A DNA stretch of 64,000 nt, taken from NCBI GenBank assembly GCA_035285545.1, contig JAYKGY010000022.1, forward strand, positions 16,245-80,244, read 5' to 3'. A program made the position numbers and the translations under genes. The notes beneath the pieces are model-generated. The model was not told the DNA's origin and did not search any database. It saw only the letters and a list, made by a program, of their open reading frames with translations. Shown here one piece after another: positions 31,753-42,074 of this stretch (positions are counted from its first letter, which is position 1; each line of letters opens with the position of its first letter). This DNA is from Snowella sp. (GTDB lineage: Bacteria; Cyanobacteriota; Cyanobacteriia; Cyanobacteriales; Microcystaceae).

Positions 31753-33135
31753 ATGGTTTCTCCATCAACAATGTTAATTCGCCACGCTCAGATACTGTTA
31801 CCCAATGGTGAATTTATGCAAGGGGATGTGCTGATCGGTGATGGTAAGATTCAACAGATTGCTCCTACGATCGCGGATGCTCAATTTAGTACCATGATAG
31901 ACGCAACGGGGTTAACTTTGTTGCCTGGGGTGATTGATCCGCAAGTCCATTTTCGTGAGCCAGGGTTAGAGCATAAGGAAGATTTGCATACGGCCAGTCG
32001 TGCTTGTGCCAGAGGTGGGGTTACCAGCTTTTTAGAGATGCCTAATACCCGTCCCTTAACGATTACCCAAGCTGCATTAGACGACAAATTACAACGAGCC
32101 GCCCAGAAGTCTTTGGTCAATTATGGTTTTTTTATTGGGGCAACGGCTGAGATTTTGCCGGATTTACTCACGGCTAAGCCGACCTGTGGCATTAAAATTT
32201 TTATGGGATCGATGCATGGTGCCTTACTAGTCGATCAAGAAGACATTTTAGACCGAATTTTTTCCCAAGGAAGCCGTTTGATTGCCGTCCATGCCGAAGA
32301 TCAAGCCCGCATTGCTCAACGTCGTCAAGAATTGGCAGGAAATACCGATCCAGCCCTTCATTCCCTTATTCAAGATAATCAAGCGGCCTTGAACGCGACC
32401 CAACTGGCCTTAAAACTGTCCAAAAAATATCAACGGCGACTCCACATCTTACACATGTCTACGGCCGATGAAGCGGAATTATTGCGACAAGATAAGCCTG
32501 AGTGGGTAACAGCAGAAGTTACGCCCCAACATCTCTTACTCAATACCAGTGCCTATGAAACCATTGGGTCTTTTGCCAAGATGAATCCACCTTTGCGATC
32601 GCCGCACGATCAAGAAGTCTTATGGCAAGCCTTACTCGATGGGGTGATTGACTTTATTGCCACCGATCATGCGCCCCATACCCTGACGGAAAAAGGTCGA
32701 GCCGAGGATGCTCCTATTTCTACTCAAGCGGAAAAAGCGTCAGCCGATACGGTCTTTTTAGAACCTGCTAATGTGCCGTCAGGAATGCCTGGGGTGGAAA
32801 CGGCTTTGCCCTTGATGTTAACCCAAGCCATGCAAGGTCGATGCACCGTGGCCCAAGTGTCCCAGTGGATGTCCGCCAATGTGGCCAAGGGGTACAAAAT
32901 TCCCAACAAGGGCGCGATCGCGGTGGGTTACGATGCCGATTTAGTTCTAGTCGATTTAAAAACCTATCATCCAGTATTACGGGAAGAACTACAGACCAAA
33001 TGTGGTTGGAGTCCCTTTGAAGGCTGGAATTTAACGGGTTGGCCCGTCGTTACGATTGTTAATGGAGCAATTGCCTTTGAACGGGGTCAATTTTTTGATC
33101 AGGTTCGAGGAAAAGCCTTAACGTTTGATGGGTAA
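31753..33135 (+). CDS. pyrC: Dihydroorotase (amidohydrolase superfamily)
   Basis: DPQVHFREPG, EMPNT, HAED, MNPPLR, ATDHAPH. Confidence 0.88.
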   Translation: MVSPSTMLIRHAQILLPNGEFMQGDVLIGDGKIQQIAPTIADAQFSTMIDATGLTLLPGVIDPQVHFREPGLEHKEDLHTASRACARGGVTSFLEMPNTRPLTITQAALDDKLQRAAQKSLVNYGFFIGATAEILPDLLTAKPTCGIKIFMGSMHGALLVDQEDILDRIFSQGSRLIAVHAEDQARIAQRRQELAGNTDPALHSLIQDNQAALNATQLALKLSKKYQRRLHILHMSTADEAELLRQDKPEWVTAEVTPQHLLLNTSAYETIGSFAKMNPPLRSPHDQEVLWQALLDGVIDFIATDHAPHTLTEKGRAEDAPISTQAEKASADTVFLEPANVPSGMPGVETALPLMLTQAMQGRCTVAQVSQWMSANVAKGYKIPNKGAIAVGYDADLVLVDLKTYHPVLREELQTKCGWSPFEGWNLTGWPVVTIVNGAIAFERGQFFDQVRGKALTFDG

Positions 33136-33187
33136 TTTCCCTTAATTTAAAGTGATTATCCTAATTTTCTAACGCCTAACACCTCTC

Positions 33188-34372
33188 TCAATAAAGATTG
33201 CTGACTCGACCAACGACAAATTTTAAATAGCGACCTTCGGGGAAAGCGGCAGGAATCGGATGATCTAACGGTTGGCCGGCTTCGTGCAAAATCTGAATAC
33301 GGCGATCGCTGATGGAACCGGCACCGGCTAACATTTCCTTAAAGGCTTCAGGACTGACCTGGCTGGTACAACTGGCCGAAACAATCAACCCATCAGGGGC
33401 GACACATTTTAACGCCAGGGCATTGAGTTTGGTATAGGCACGGATAGCAGCAAAACGATTTTGTTTACTTTTGGCAAAGCTCGGCGGATCGAGAATCACC
33501 ATATCAAAGGTCTTGCCTGCTTGAACATAACCGTTCAACACTTCAAAACAATCGGCTGTAATAAAACTATGGCGATCGCTGTCGAACTGATTTAAACGCA
33601 CATTCATACTCGCCACCGCGGCCAACTGTTTACCGATATCCACATTGGTAACGTGACTTGCTCCCCCCCGTAAGGCATATAAGGAAAACGCCCCTGTATA
33701 GGAAAAACAATTCAAAACGGTTTTATTTCGACTAATTTCGCCAACAAAATGCCGATTTTCCCGATGGTCTAAGAATAAGCCTGTTTTTTGCCCTGTTTCT
33801 AAATCAACTTGGAACAATAACCCGTGTTCTTTTACCGTAATGTCCTCAGTAGGGACTTTTCCCCACAATACTTGCGTTTTCCCTGCTTGATGCTCTGCTC
33901 CTTCTTGGTGCTTCGTCCGCCATAAAATTCCTTGCAAAGGCGCGACTTCCCGCAATGCTTTGACGACCCAATCCAATAGGGCATTGGCTCCTTCCATATA
34001 GGTTTGTAGCACCGCGTATTCGCCATAGAGATCTACCGTTATTCCTGGTAATCCGTCCCCTTCGCCAAATAACCAACGGTAAGCCGTACAATGTTGTTCC
34101 CGCAGGGAGGCCCTCAGTTCCCACGCCGATTGCACCCTTGCTTTTAACCATTTCGGATCGGGTAGTTGACGTTGGGAAAAAATCCGCACCGCGATCGGGC
34201 CTTTGTTATCCCACAATCCAAACCCCGTCCACCCCCCGCAGCGAACTTTGAGCCATTCTCCGGTACCAAAACGCATCTCTTTCGGTAACTTGTCCCGATA
34301 GATCCAGGGATGGCCCTGAGCTAAACGGTCTTTGAGTTGGGGAGAAACGGTTATTTCGCGCAATTTTGGCAT
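33188..34372 (-). CDS. RlmI-like class I SAM-dependent rRNA methyltransferase
   Basis: GHPWIY PUA-like start, GEGDGLPG, GQKTGLFLDHRENR, LNCFSYTG, LDPPSF, PEGRYLK. Confidence 0.9.
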   Translation of the reverse strand: MPKLREITVSPQLKDRLAQGHPWIYRDKLPKEMRFGTGEWLKVRCGGWTGFGLWDNKGPIAVRIFSQRQLPDPKWLKARVQSAWELRASLREQHCTAYRWLFGEGDGLPGITVDLYGEYAVLQTYMEGANALLDWVVKALREVAPLQGILWRTKHQEGAEHQAGKTQVLWGKVPTEDITVKEHGLLFQVDLETGQKTGLFLDHRENRHFVGEISRNKTVLNCFSYTGAFSLYALRGGASHVTNVDIGKQLAAVASMNVRLNQFDSDRHSFITADCFEVLNGYVQAGKTFDMVILDPPSFAKSKQNRFAAIRAYTKLNALALKCVAPDGLIVSASCTSQVSPEAFKEMLAGAGSISDRRIQILHEAGQPLDHPIPAAFPEGRYLKFVVGRVSNLY

Positions 34373-34519
34373 AGGTTTCGGTTTTTAAAGATTAGCTCCA
34401 CTCGCGGATAATGCTGGTGAATCGATACCAATTCCCATTTCATCACGTAATTTTTAGCCTAGCTTAAAATGAATGAACCCCGAATAGACTAGGATACAAA
34501 TAGTTACTAGGAACGAATA

Positions 34520-34831
34520 ATGGTAGAACGTCCAATCAAAAAGTCCGAGCGTCAAGCGAATCCAGAGGGGAGCAATAATGAACCCCGTGAAGCGGCAAGA
34601 AATGACAATCCGGGTCGTCCCCCCCGTGGTAGAGGCAAGGGGAAAGGAAAAGGGAAAAAAGGCGATCGCCAAGAAGAAGCCAAAGTGATCAATCCTGCGC
34701 TAGCCCGTCCTCCCAAACCCAGCAAACCCCAACCGCCGGTCGTTGAAGAAACCCCAGTAGAAGAGCCGGAAGAAACGGTGGCAGAAACAGAAACCGCGAC
34801 GGAAGAAACTCCTGAAGACGTGACCGAATAA
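34520..34831 (+). CDS. Small low-complexity conserved hypothetical protein
   Basis: MVERPIKKSER, NPALARPPKP, acidic tail; AGGA RBS upstream. Confidence 0.75.
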   Translation: MVERPIKKSERQANPEGSNNEPREAARNDNPGRPPRGRGKGKGKGKKGDRQEEAKVINPALARPPKPSKPQPPVVEETPVEEPEETVAETETATEETPEDVTE

Positions 34832-35004
34832 GTGTCTCCAGTTTCCATCAAGGTAATGCCATTGCTCATTCCTTTTGTTTGCAAGTTAACCCGAATACAT
34901 GATTAATGACGCGATCGCTTCTCTGGGTCGCGAATTTTTTAGATTAACGCCGATTCCAATATTCATTTATAATTCCTTGAGTTATTCTCATTGCTTCGCT
35001 GAAA

Positions 35005-37431
35005 ATGCCCTTGTTAGTTCAACTGCCTGAAATTCCTACCGCTGCTTGGAAACGTCCCATTGGTCAAGGATGGGAGAAACCCTATACCGTCCGTTATGCC
35101 AGCAATTTAGATGATGGGCCCTGGCATGGGATGCCCTTGGGAGGGTTTGGAGCCGGTTGTATTGGGCGATCGCCGAAGGGAGATTTTAACCTATGGCACT
35201 TAGACGGGGGAGAACACGTTTTCCGCAGTTTACCCGCCTGCCAATTCAGTATTTTTGAACAAGCTGAAGGAGAAGCCGCCCAAGCCTACGCCCTCGCCAC
35301 AGAAGCCCCCGAAGATGGCAGTTTATCCCGTTGGCAATGGTATCCCAAAGAAAAAGGAACCTATGCCGCCCTCTATCCCCGCAGTTGGTATCACTATCAA
35401 GGGGTATTTAAAAGCGATCTGATTTGTGAGCAATTTTCCCCGATTTGGGCCCATAACTATCAAGAAAGTAGCTATCCCGTTGCCATTTTTGATTGGACAG
35501 TACATAACCCCACCGATAAGGAAATTACCCTCAGTATCCTGCTCAGTTGGCAAAATACCGTCGGTTGGTTTACCAATGCCGTTAAATCTCCGAATGTGCG
35601 AGTGCGAGATGATGGTAGCCCTGTTTATGAATATCAACCCCGTTGGGGCAATAGTACGGGCAGTTTTAACCAGTGGATTGAGGATAACTATCGGGTCGGC
35701 TGTTTACTCAATCGTATTCAACTCCACGATCAGATCCAGGAAGGCGAGGGACAGCTTTGTTTTGCCAGCGTGACCAATCCCAGCTTTGAAGTGTTCCATC
35801 ACAGCCGTTGGAATCCGATCAGTGATGGTTCGGATATTTGGGACTTTTTCGCGGCCAATGGTTCTTTACCCGATTATCAGGATGAAACCCCCGCCGATCC
35901 AGGCGAACAAATTGCAGCGGCCATGGCCATTCGCTTTACTATTAAGCCAGGCAAAACCCGTCGTATTCCTTTTATCCTCTCCTGGGATTTTCCTGTAACA
36001 GAATTTGCAGAGGGGATTAATTACTATCGCCGTTATACTGACTTTTTTGGGCGCAATGGGCAAAATGCTTGGTCAGTGATTCGTACAGCTTTAAAGCATA
36101 GCGATACTTGGAAAGAAAATATTCAGGCGTGGCAAGCTCCCATTCTCAAAAATCCTGAACTGCCCGATTGGTTCAAGATGGCCTTGTTTAATGAGCTTTA
36201 TTTGTTAACCCAGGGCGGAACTCTGTGGACGGCTGCAACGGAAAATGATCCGGTGGGCCAGTTCGGGGTTTCCGAATGTATGGATTACCGTTGGTACGAA
36301 AGTTTAGATGTTCGGCTCTACGGGTCTTTTGGGTTGATGATGCTGTGGCCTCGGTTGGATAAAGCCGTTTTAGAAGCCTTTGCTAGAGCGATTCCCAGTT
36401 ACGACAATACGCCGCGCATTATTGGTTATAACCAAGCCTCTGCCATTCGCAAAGCCAAGGGAGCGACACCCCACGATCTCGGTGCGCCCAATGAACACCC
36501 TTGGGAAAAGACCAATTACACCAGTTACCAGGATTGCAATCTCTGGAAGGATTTGGGAAGCGATTTTGTGCTTCAGGTCTATCGAGATTTTCTGTTAACC
36601 GAAGGAGAAGATTATGCTTTCCTGTGGGAATGTTGGCAGGCAATTACCGAAACCTTGGCGTACTTGAAGGAATTTGATCTGGATAACGATGGCATTCCTG
36701 AAAACTCTGGCGCACCCGACCAAACCTTTGATGATTGGCAATTATTGGGTATCAGTGCCTATTGTGGAGCTTTGTGGATTGCTGCCCTGGAGGCCGCGAT
36801 CGCAATTGGAGCGTTATTGCTGACCCATCCGCCCGTACAGAAAGAATTAACCCCTGCTGATTATCCCCAATCCGTTGAAGATCACATCAAAACCTATCGC
36901 GACTGGTTGAGCCAATCCCGTGAGATTTATCACCCCACCCTTTGGAACGGAGAATTTTACAAACTCGATAGCAAGAGTGGTTCCGATGTGGTCATGGCGG
37001 ATCAACTCTGTGGTCAATTCTATGCCCGTCTATTGGGATTACCCGATGTGGTAGAAAACGAATATGCCGAAAAAGCCTTGAAAAAAGTCTATGATACCTG
37101 TTTTCTCAAATTCTTTGATGGGCAATTTGGGGCGGCAAATGGCCTCAAGTCCGATGGAACCCCTGAAAATCCCCAAGCAACTCACCCTCTAGAGGTTTGG
37201 ACAGGCATTAACTTCGGCTTAGCCGCCTTTCTTTTACAAATGGGCATGAAGGAAGAAGCTTTCCGGTTGACAGAAACCGTGGTTAAACAGATTTATGATA
37301 ACGGTTTGCAATTTCGCACGCCTGAAGCCATTACAGCGGTAGGAACCTTCCGAGCGAGTCATTATCTGCGGGCAATGGCGATTTGGGGATTGTATGGCGT
37401 TTTAATGGGATTTAAGGCGGAATCTGTTTAG
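35005..37431 (+). CDS. GH116 family glycoside hydrolase (GBA2-like beta-glucosidase)
   Basis: GMPLGGFGAG, ECMDYRWYESLDV, PHDLG, DQTFDDW, ADQLCGQ, EVWTG, FRTPEA, YLRAMAIW. Confidence 0.92.
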   Translation: MPLLVQLPEIPTAAWKRPIGQGWEKPYTVRYASNLDDGPWHGMPLGGFGAGCIGRSPKGDFNLWHLDGGEHVFRSLPACQFSIFEQAEGEAAQAYALATEAPEDGSLSRWQWYPKEKGTYAALYPRSWYHYQGVFKSDLICEQFSPIWAHNYQESSYPVAIFDWTVHNPTDKEITLSILLSWQNTVGWFTNAVKSPNVRVRDDGSPVYEYQPRWGNSTGSFNQWIEDNYRVGCLLNRIQLHDQIQEGEGQLCFASVTNPSFEVFHHSRWNPISDGSDIWDFFAANGSLPDYQDETPADPGEQIAAAMAIRFTIKPGKTRRIPFILSWDFPVTEFAEGINYYRRYTDFFGRNGQNAWSVIRTALKHSDTWKENIQAWQAPILKNPELPDWFKMALFNELYLLTQGGTLWTAATENDPVGQFGVSECMDYRWYESLDVRLYGSFGLMMLWPRLDKAVLEAFARAIPSYDNTPRIIGYNQASAIRKAKGATPHDLGAPNEHPWEKTNYTSYQDCNLWKDLGSDFVLQVYRDFLLTEGEDYAFLWECWQAITETLAYLKEFDLDNDGIPENSGAPDQTFDDWQLLGISAYCGALWIAALEAAIAIGALLLTHPPVQKELTPADYPQSVEDHIKTYRDWLSQSREIYHPTLWNGEFYKLDSKSGSDVVMADQLCGQFYARLLGLPDVVENEYAEKALKKVYDTCFLKFFDGQFGAANGLKSDGTPENPQATHPLEVWTGINFGLAAFLLQMGMKEEAFRLTETVVKQIYDNGLQFRTPEAITAVGTFRASHYLRAMAIWGLYGVLMGFKAESV

Positions 37432-37437
37432 GGGGAA

Positions 37438-40350
37438 TCATAGGGAATAGGTGCGCGGTAGGGTAAGGGTAAAGACCGTTCCCTGATCTAAATGGCTATC
37501 AACTTCAATGATGCCTTGGTGTAAATCAACGCAGCGTTTAACGATCGCCAACCCTAAGCCTGTTCCCTGAATATTGCCCGTATTGGTGGCCCGATGAAAG
37601 GCGGTAAAGAGTTGTTGGAGATCCTCCGTCGGAATGCCGATACCCTGGTCTTGAATTTCAAAGATCAGATTATCCGCCTCTAACTGTAGATTAAAGGTAA
37701 TATTGCCGCCGTTGGGGGAATATTTAATCGCATTATTGAGTAGATTGGTAAAAATTTGCCGTAGGAGTTTGGGGTCTAGGTTGACTATCAGCGATCGCGT
37801 CTCCTGGCTGGAATCCTGAGTAGCATTTTGCAAATGAAAGGTGATGGTATGCTCATTGCTGCTTAACTGGAGTTCGGTTACCAGATCTCGGCAAAAGGCG
37901 ATTACATTCAGGGGTTGGGGATTAAAGGCAATTTTTTCGGCTTCGGCCCGACTCATCATCAATACGTCATCTAGGAGCGTGGTCATGTGTTGAACACTAT
38001 CTTGAATGCGTTGCAAGTGTTGTCGTTTTTTTTCTTCACTTAACCGCTCATGGTAGGTACTCATGATGCCCGCCGATGAATTGATGATCGATAGGGGCGT
38101 GCGAAATTCGTGGGAAGCCATCGTAATAAACCGCGATCGCAGATCGTTTAATTCTTTTTCTTTTTCTAAGGCATTGCGTATCTCCTGTTCGGCCTGCTTA
38201 ATGCGGGTAATATCCCGAATGACACCAGCAATATGGGTCGGTTGCTCGGTTTTAGGGTCTTTAATGAGAAAGGCATTACAGAGGACAGGAATGGTTTGTC
38301 CGGTCTGAAAGTGCTTCAAATGCAATTCTCCTTCCCATTGGCCTTTACGAAAAATGCGGGGTAAAATTTCTTCCTGGATCAGCGATCGCTCTTGGGGATC
38401 GAAGAAATCTAACATAGTGAGGGAGGAAAGTAAATTCGGGTCTTCTAAACCAATGAGATATTGACCCGCTCGATTGAGAAAGACCAATTGGCCATTTAAA
38501 TCGGCCACAGCCATAAATTCCGAACTATTTTCCACCACTAAATCCAGTTTTTGCCGTTCTGCTTCAATCGTTTTGCGTTGCTGGAGTTCGTGTTGCAATT
38601 GTTCATAGAGTTCTGACTGTTGAATGGCGATCGCCAGTTGTAGGGCAATTTGCCGCAAGATATTAATTTCCGATTCTTGCCAGTGACGAGTGCGGGAACA
38701 CTGATGGGCAACGATCAAGCCCCAAAGCTGGTCTTTTTGGACAATGGGAACCACTAATTCGGCCTTAACTTGAATTTCCCTTAAAAAATTGGCTAAGCAC
38801 TCAATAATTTGCCCATCATCTCGATCCTCTAAAACAAAAATGCGTCCCTTAGCATAGGGGCTATAGTTCTGTTCGGGAAAAATGTCCGACGGCAACGCCC
38901 TATTCAAAATTTGCAGCCATCCCTCTACGACCGATTCTGCAATAATGGCACCTGTTCCTCCGGTAAAAACTTGATAAACCACGACGCGATCGACTTGTAA
39001 CACCTGACGGACTTCTTCGACGGTGGTATTGAGAATTGCTTTGAGATCCAAGGATTCTCGAATACGCTGGGTAATATTTTTAATTAAACTTTCCTGTTCC
39101 GCTTTTTGTTGTAGCAAGGATTCGGTTTGTTTGAGATCCTCAATATCGGTACAAGATCCTAACCAGCGAGTCGTTTGCCCCAATTCATCCCCAATGGGTA
39201 AAACCTGTACTAAATGCCAACGATAAACCCCATCCGCACGCCTGAGCCGACATTCCAGCGAATAGGCTTCCTTTAAGGCTTCGCCCCGTAGGGCACTTTC
39301 TTTGGCAAGGTTGAGATCGTCAGAATGGATCGCTTGAAACCAGCCCTTTTTTCGGATTTCGATTAAAGATTGCCCTAAATATTGTTGCGCTCGTTGATTA
39401 ATTTCGGCAATTTCCCCTTCATCATCGGTTAACCAGACCAGATTGGGAACAACTTCGGTGAGACTTCGATAGCGTTCTTGGCTTTGCCACAATTCGTTAT
39501 TGGCTTCGGTACGAGCGGTAATATCTCTGAGGGAAATGAGATAACGCGATCGCTGATCCCAGACAACGGGCACCACCTGGACTTCTCCAATTCCCACTTC
39601 TCCATTGCGTCGCAAAATTTCCATTTCAAATAACTTTTCCGAATTAATCGGAATCCCCAAATTGACTCCGACCAGTTGCTCCGTCGGCAGACTAAACATT
39701 TCCCCTGCGGCACGATTGGCAAAAATAATTTCGCCGTCTTGACTCAAAATTAAAATTCCTTCGGAGATATTGCTAACGATGGTATCTAAATAATTTTGGT
39801 TTGTTTGCAGGGTCAATTCAATGGAAGCGCAGTCATTCGGAACGGGTAACAAATCCAGGTTTGTGGTGGTGTCTGATGTTTTGGCGGCACAATAAAGCAG
39901 TTCGGGGGCGATGTTTTGATAAAGGCTCTGTCCACTGATCACCCCTACACAACCTTCGGATTGATCCACAATCGGCAAGTATTGGAGAGAATGCTGTTGA
40001 AAAAATTGCAGCAGGTTCACCAGGTCAGTCAGTTGGGATGGGGGCAGAATAGTCGTCGATCGCGTTAGGACTTCATGCAATCGTGTTTTATCTAGATCAA
40101 TTCCTTGGGTAACCCATCGCACTACGTCTTGGGACGTTAATAATCCCCAAAATTTTTCGTTTTCTAAGACGACTAGATAGCTAAATGGTGGGAGGGGGGG
40201 AGTGTCGGGAGATGGAGCGAGGGTTGGCGGGAATTCTGTGTTTTCTTCCTTTCCCATGATGGCGATCGCATCTCGCAAAAGGGTATTTCGGCTGATTTTG
40301 CGAGGGAATTTATCAATTATCCGTTCAATTGCCTTGGGAACGAGGCTCAT
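37438..40350 (-). CDS. Sensor histidine kinase CBS-PAS-PAS-GAF(CBCR)-PAS-HisKA-HATPase
   Basis: CBS pair, PAS motifs, GAF with ECLANFL and LWGLIVAHQC, SHEFRTPL, NLLNNAIKY, GTGLGL. Confidence 0.92.
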   Translation of the reverse strand: MSLVPKAIERIIDKFPRKISRNTLLRDAIAIMGKEENTEFPPTLAPSPDTPPLPPFSYLVVLENEKFWGLLTSQDVVRWVTQGIDLDKTRLHEVLTRSTTILPPSQLTDLVNLLQFFQQHSLQYLPIVDQSEGCVGVISGQSLYQNIAPELLYCAAKTSDTTTNLDLLPVPNDCASIELTLQTNQNYLDTIVSNISEGILILSQDGEIIFANRAAGEMFSLPTEQLVGVNLGIPINSEKLFEMEILRRNGEVGIGEVQVVPVVWDQRSRYLISLRDITARTEANNELWQSQERYRSLTEVVPNLVWLTDDEGEIAEINQRAQQYLGQSLIEIRKKGWFQAIHSDDLNLAKESALRGEALKEAYSLECRLRRADGVYRWHLVQVLPIGDELGQTTRWLGSCTDIEDLKQTESLLQQKAEQESLIKNITQRIRESLDLKAILNTTVEEVRQVLQVDRVVVYQVFTGGTGAIIAESVVEGWLQILNRALPSDIFPEQNYSPYAKGRIFVLEDRDDGQIIECLANFLREIQVKAELVVPIVQKDQLWGLIVAHQCSRTRHWQESEINILRQIALQLAIAIQQSELYEQLQHELQQRKTIEAERQKLDLVVENSSEFMAVADLNGQLVFLNRAGQYLIGLEDPNLLSSLTMLDFFDPQERSLIQEEILPRIFRKGQWEGELHLKHFQTGQTIPVLCNAFLIKDPKTEQPTHIAGVIRDITRIKQAEQEIRNALEKEKELNDLRSRFITMASHEFRTPLSIINSSAGIMSTYHERLSEEKKRQHLQRIQDSVQHMTTLLDDVLMMSRAEAEKIAFNPQPLNVIAFCRDLVTELQLSSNEHTITFHLQNATQDSSQETRSLIVNLDPKLLRQIFTNLLNNAIKYSPNGGNITFNLQLEADNLIFEIQDQGIGIPTEDLQQLFTAFHRATNTGNIQGTGLGLAIVKRCVDLHQGIIEVDSHLDQGTVFTLTLPRTYSL

Positions 40351-40462
40351 TTTGAAGAGAATATTTAGAATATTACTATATATTAATAGATTCTACGCTT
40401 TTTTGAAAATAGTCCACATTTACAAAAATCTTTCAAAGCAACCTTAAATCAATGGGAGTTTT

Positions 40463-40504
40463 GTACTTTAAGATACAATGTCCTGAAGAGTTCTTGTATA
40501 CAGT
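40463..40504 (+). promoter_or_regulatory. NtcA-activated promoter of xdhAB
   Basis: GTA-CTTTAAGA-TAC (40463-40476), exactly 22 nt, then TACAGT (40499-40504) = GTA-N8-TAC-N22-TAN3T. Confidence 0.8.
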
Positions 40505-40510
40505 ATACAA
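40494..40510. promoter_or_regulatory. Palindromic operator candidate over the xdhAB -10 box
   Basis: TTGTATAC-A-GTATACAA, perfect 8-1-8 inverted repeat. Confidence 0.6.
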
Positions 40511-40637
40511 TAAGATGGTTTGCCTTAATCTAGGGAATAATGTTAACAATTCCTTGTAAAATCAGCATTTTCTGTCCTAAACCGACAATTAACCTAGAAC
40601 TCAATTCGCGATCGCTGTTGAACCCAACCCCTAACCC

Positions 40638-42071
40638 ATGATTCCGACTCCTACCCATTCTTTATCTTTCCAATTAAACGGAAAACCAATGCGGGTTAAC
40701 CATTGCCCGCCAACGATGACCCTATTGGAATATTTGCGTCAACAGGGCTATGTGGGAACGAAAGAAGGCTGTGGAGACGGGGATTGTGGAGCGTGTACGG
40801 TGGTTGTTATTGGGCAAGGTGCAGATGGCAAACCCCACTATCAAGCCATGAATAGTTGCCTGATTCCCTTGGGCGCGATCGCTGGACGAGAAGTGATTAC
40901 GGTAGAAGGCATTGCCAATGGAAAATTGCATCCGGTGCAACAGGCAATGGTGGATACGGGCGGATCGCAGTGCGGTTACTGCACGCCTGGCTTTATTATG
41001 AGTATGTTTGCAGGGTATTACGACGGGAAAGTGGATGATATTTCTGTCGAAGGAAATTTGTGTCGTTGTACGGGGTACTTGCCCATCCGCAAAGCAGCCC
41101 AAAAGGTAACGGGTGTAGAACCTGAAGATCATTTCAGCGCGAAGTTGCAGGAAGCCACAGTTGAGTTACCGACTTTTACCTACGAAGATGCCAACCATCG
41201 GTTTTACCGTCCGACGGGTTTAACTGACGTTTTAAATTTATTGCAAGAACATCCTCAAGCCACCTTAATTGCAGGGGGAACGGATTTAGGATTAGAACTG
41301 AGTCACCATCGCCGCGAGTATCCTGTTCTGATTTCCCTAGAAGCGGTTGCTGAACTTAAAACTTTAACGATTACGCCTGATTTTGTGGAAATTGGGGCCG
41401 CTGTTCCCTTGAGTCAGGTGGAAGACCAATTGCGGGGATTTTTTCCGAGTCTGGATGAAATGATCCATTGGTTTGCAGCCCGTCAGATTCGCAATCGCGC
41501 AACGATAGGGGGCAATATTGGAACCGCTTCACCTATTGGAGATTTACCGCCCGTTTTATTATCTTTAGAAGCTACGGTTAACATTGCAGGTCAGAACGGA
41601 ACGCGATCGCTGCTGTTGGCCGACTTTTTTCATGGCTACCGTCAAACGGATTTAAAATCAGGGGAAGTGATCGCCTCAATTACGATTCCGAGAAATTTAC
41701 CCCAAGGAGCCGTTCAGCGTCTCAGTCAGTCTTACAAGATTGGTAAAAGGGGAACCGATGATATTAGTATTGTGGCGGCAGCTTTTGCGATTGACTTGGA
41801 TCAAACCCACCATATTGTCCAAGCGAGATTAGGCTATGGAGGCGTTGCTGCTACTCCCGCCCGTGCCAAAGCAGTAGAAGAATGGCTTTTGGGCAAAGCG
41901 TGGAATATGACCACCGTACAACAAGCCAAAATTCTCTTAAAAGACGCATTTACCCCGTTGTCTGATTTAAGGGGGAGCGCAACCTATCGCAAATTATTAG
42001 TTGCCAATGTATTTGAGAAATTTTTTGTCGAATTCGGTGGCATTGAAACCTATCCCCTGGAGGTGGAGTAG
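40638..42071 (+). CDS. xdhA: Xanthine dehydrogenase small subunit (2x[2Fe-2S], FAD)
   Basis: TKEGCGDGDCGAC, SQCGYCTPGF, GNLCRCTGY, AGGTD, QIRNRATIGGN, DLRGSATYR. Confidence 0.93.
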   Translation: MIPTPTHSLSFQLNGKPMRVNHCPPTMTLLEYLRQQGYVGTKEGCGDGDCGACTVVVIGQGADGKPHYQAMNSCLIPLGAIAGREVITVEGIANGKLHPVQQAMVDTGGSQCGYCTPGFIMSMFAGYYDGKVDDISVEGNLCRCTGYLPIRKAAQKVTGVEPEDHFSAKLQEATVELPTFTYEDANHRFYRPTGLTDVLNLLQEHPQATLIAGGTDLGLELSHHRREYPVLISLEAVAELKTLTITPDFVEIGAAVPLSQVEDQLRGFFPSLDEMIHWFAARQIRNRATIGGNIGTASPIGDLPPVLLSLEATVNIAGQNGTRSLLLADFFHGYRQTDLKSGEVIASITIPRNLPQGAVQRLSQSYKIGKRGTDDISIVAAAFAIDLDQTHHIVQARLGYGGVAATPARAKAVEEWLLGKAWNMTTVQQAKILLKDAFTPLSDLRGSATYRKLLVANVFEKFFVEFGGIETYPLEVE

Positions 42072-42074
42072 ATC

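Noticed and set aside
34454..34884. Minus-strand ORFs 34454..34672 and 34552..34884
   Set aside because: Shadows of the low-complexity plus-strand gene 34520..34831
40511..40637. Purine/xanthine riboswitch in the xdhA leader
   Set aside because: No recognisable aptamer consensus or expression platform
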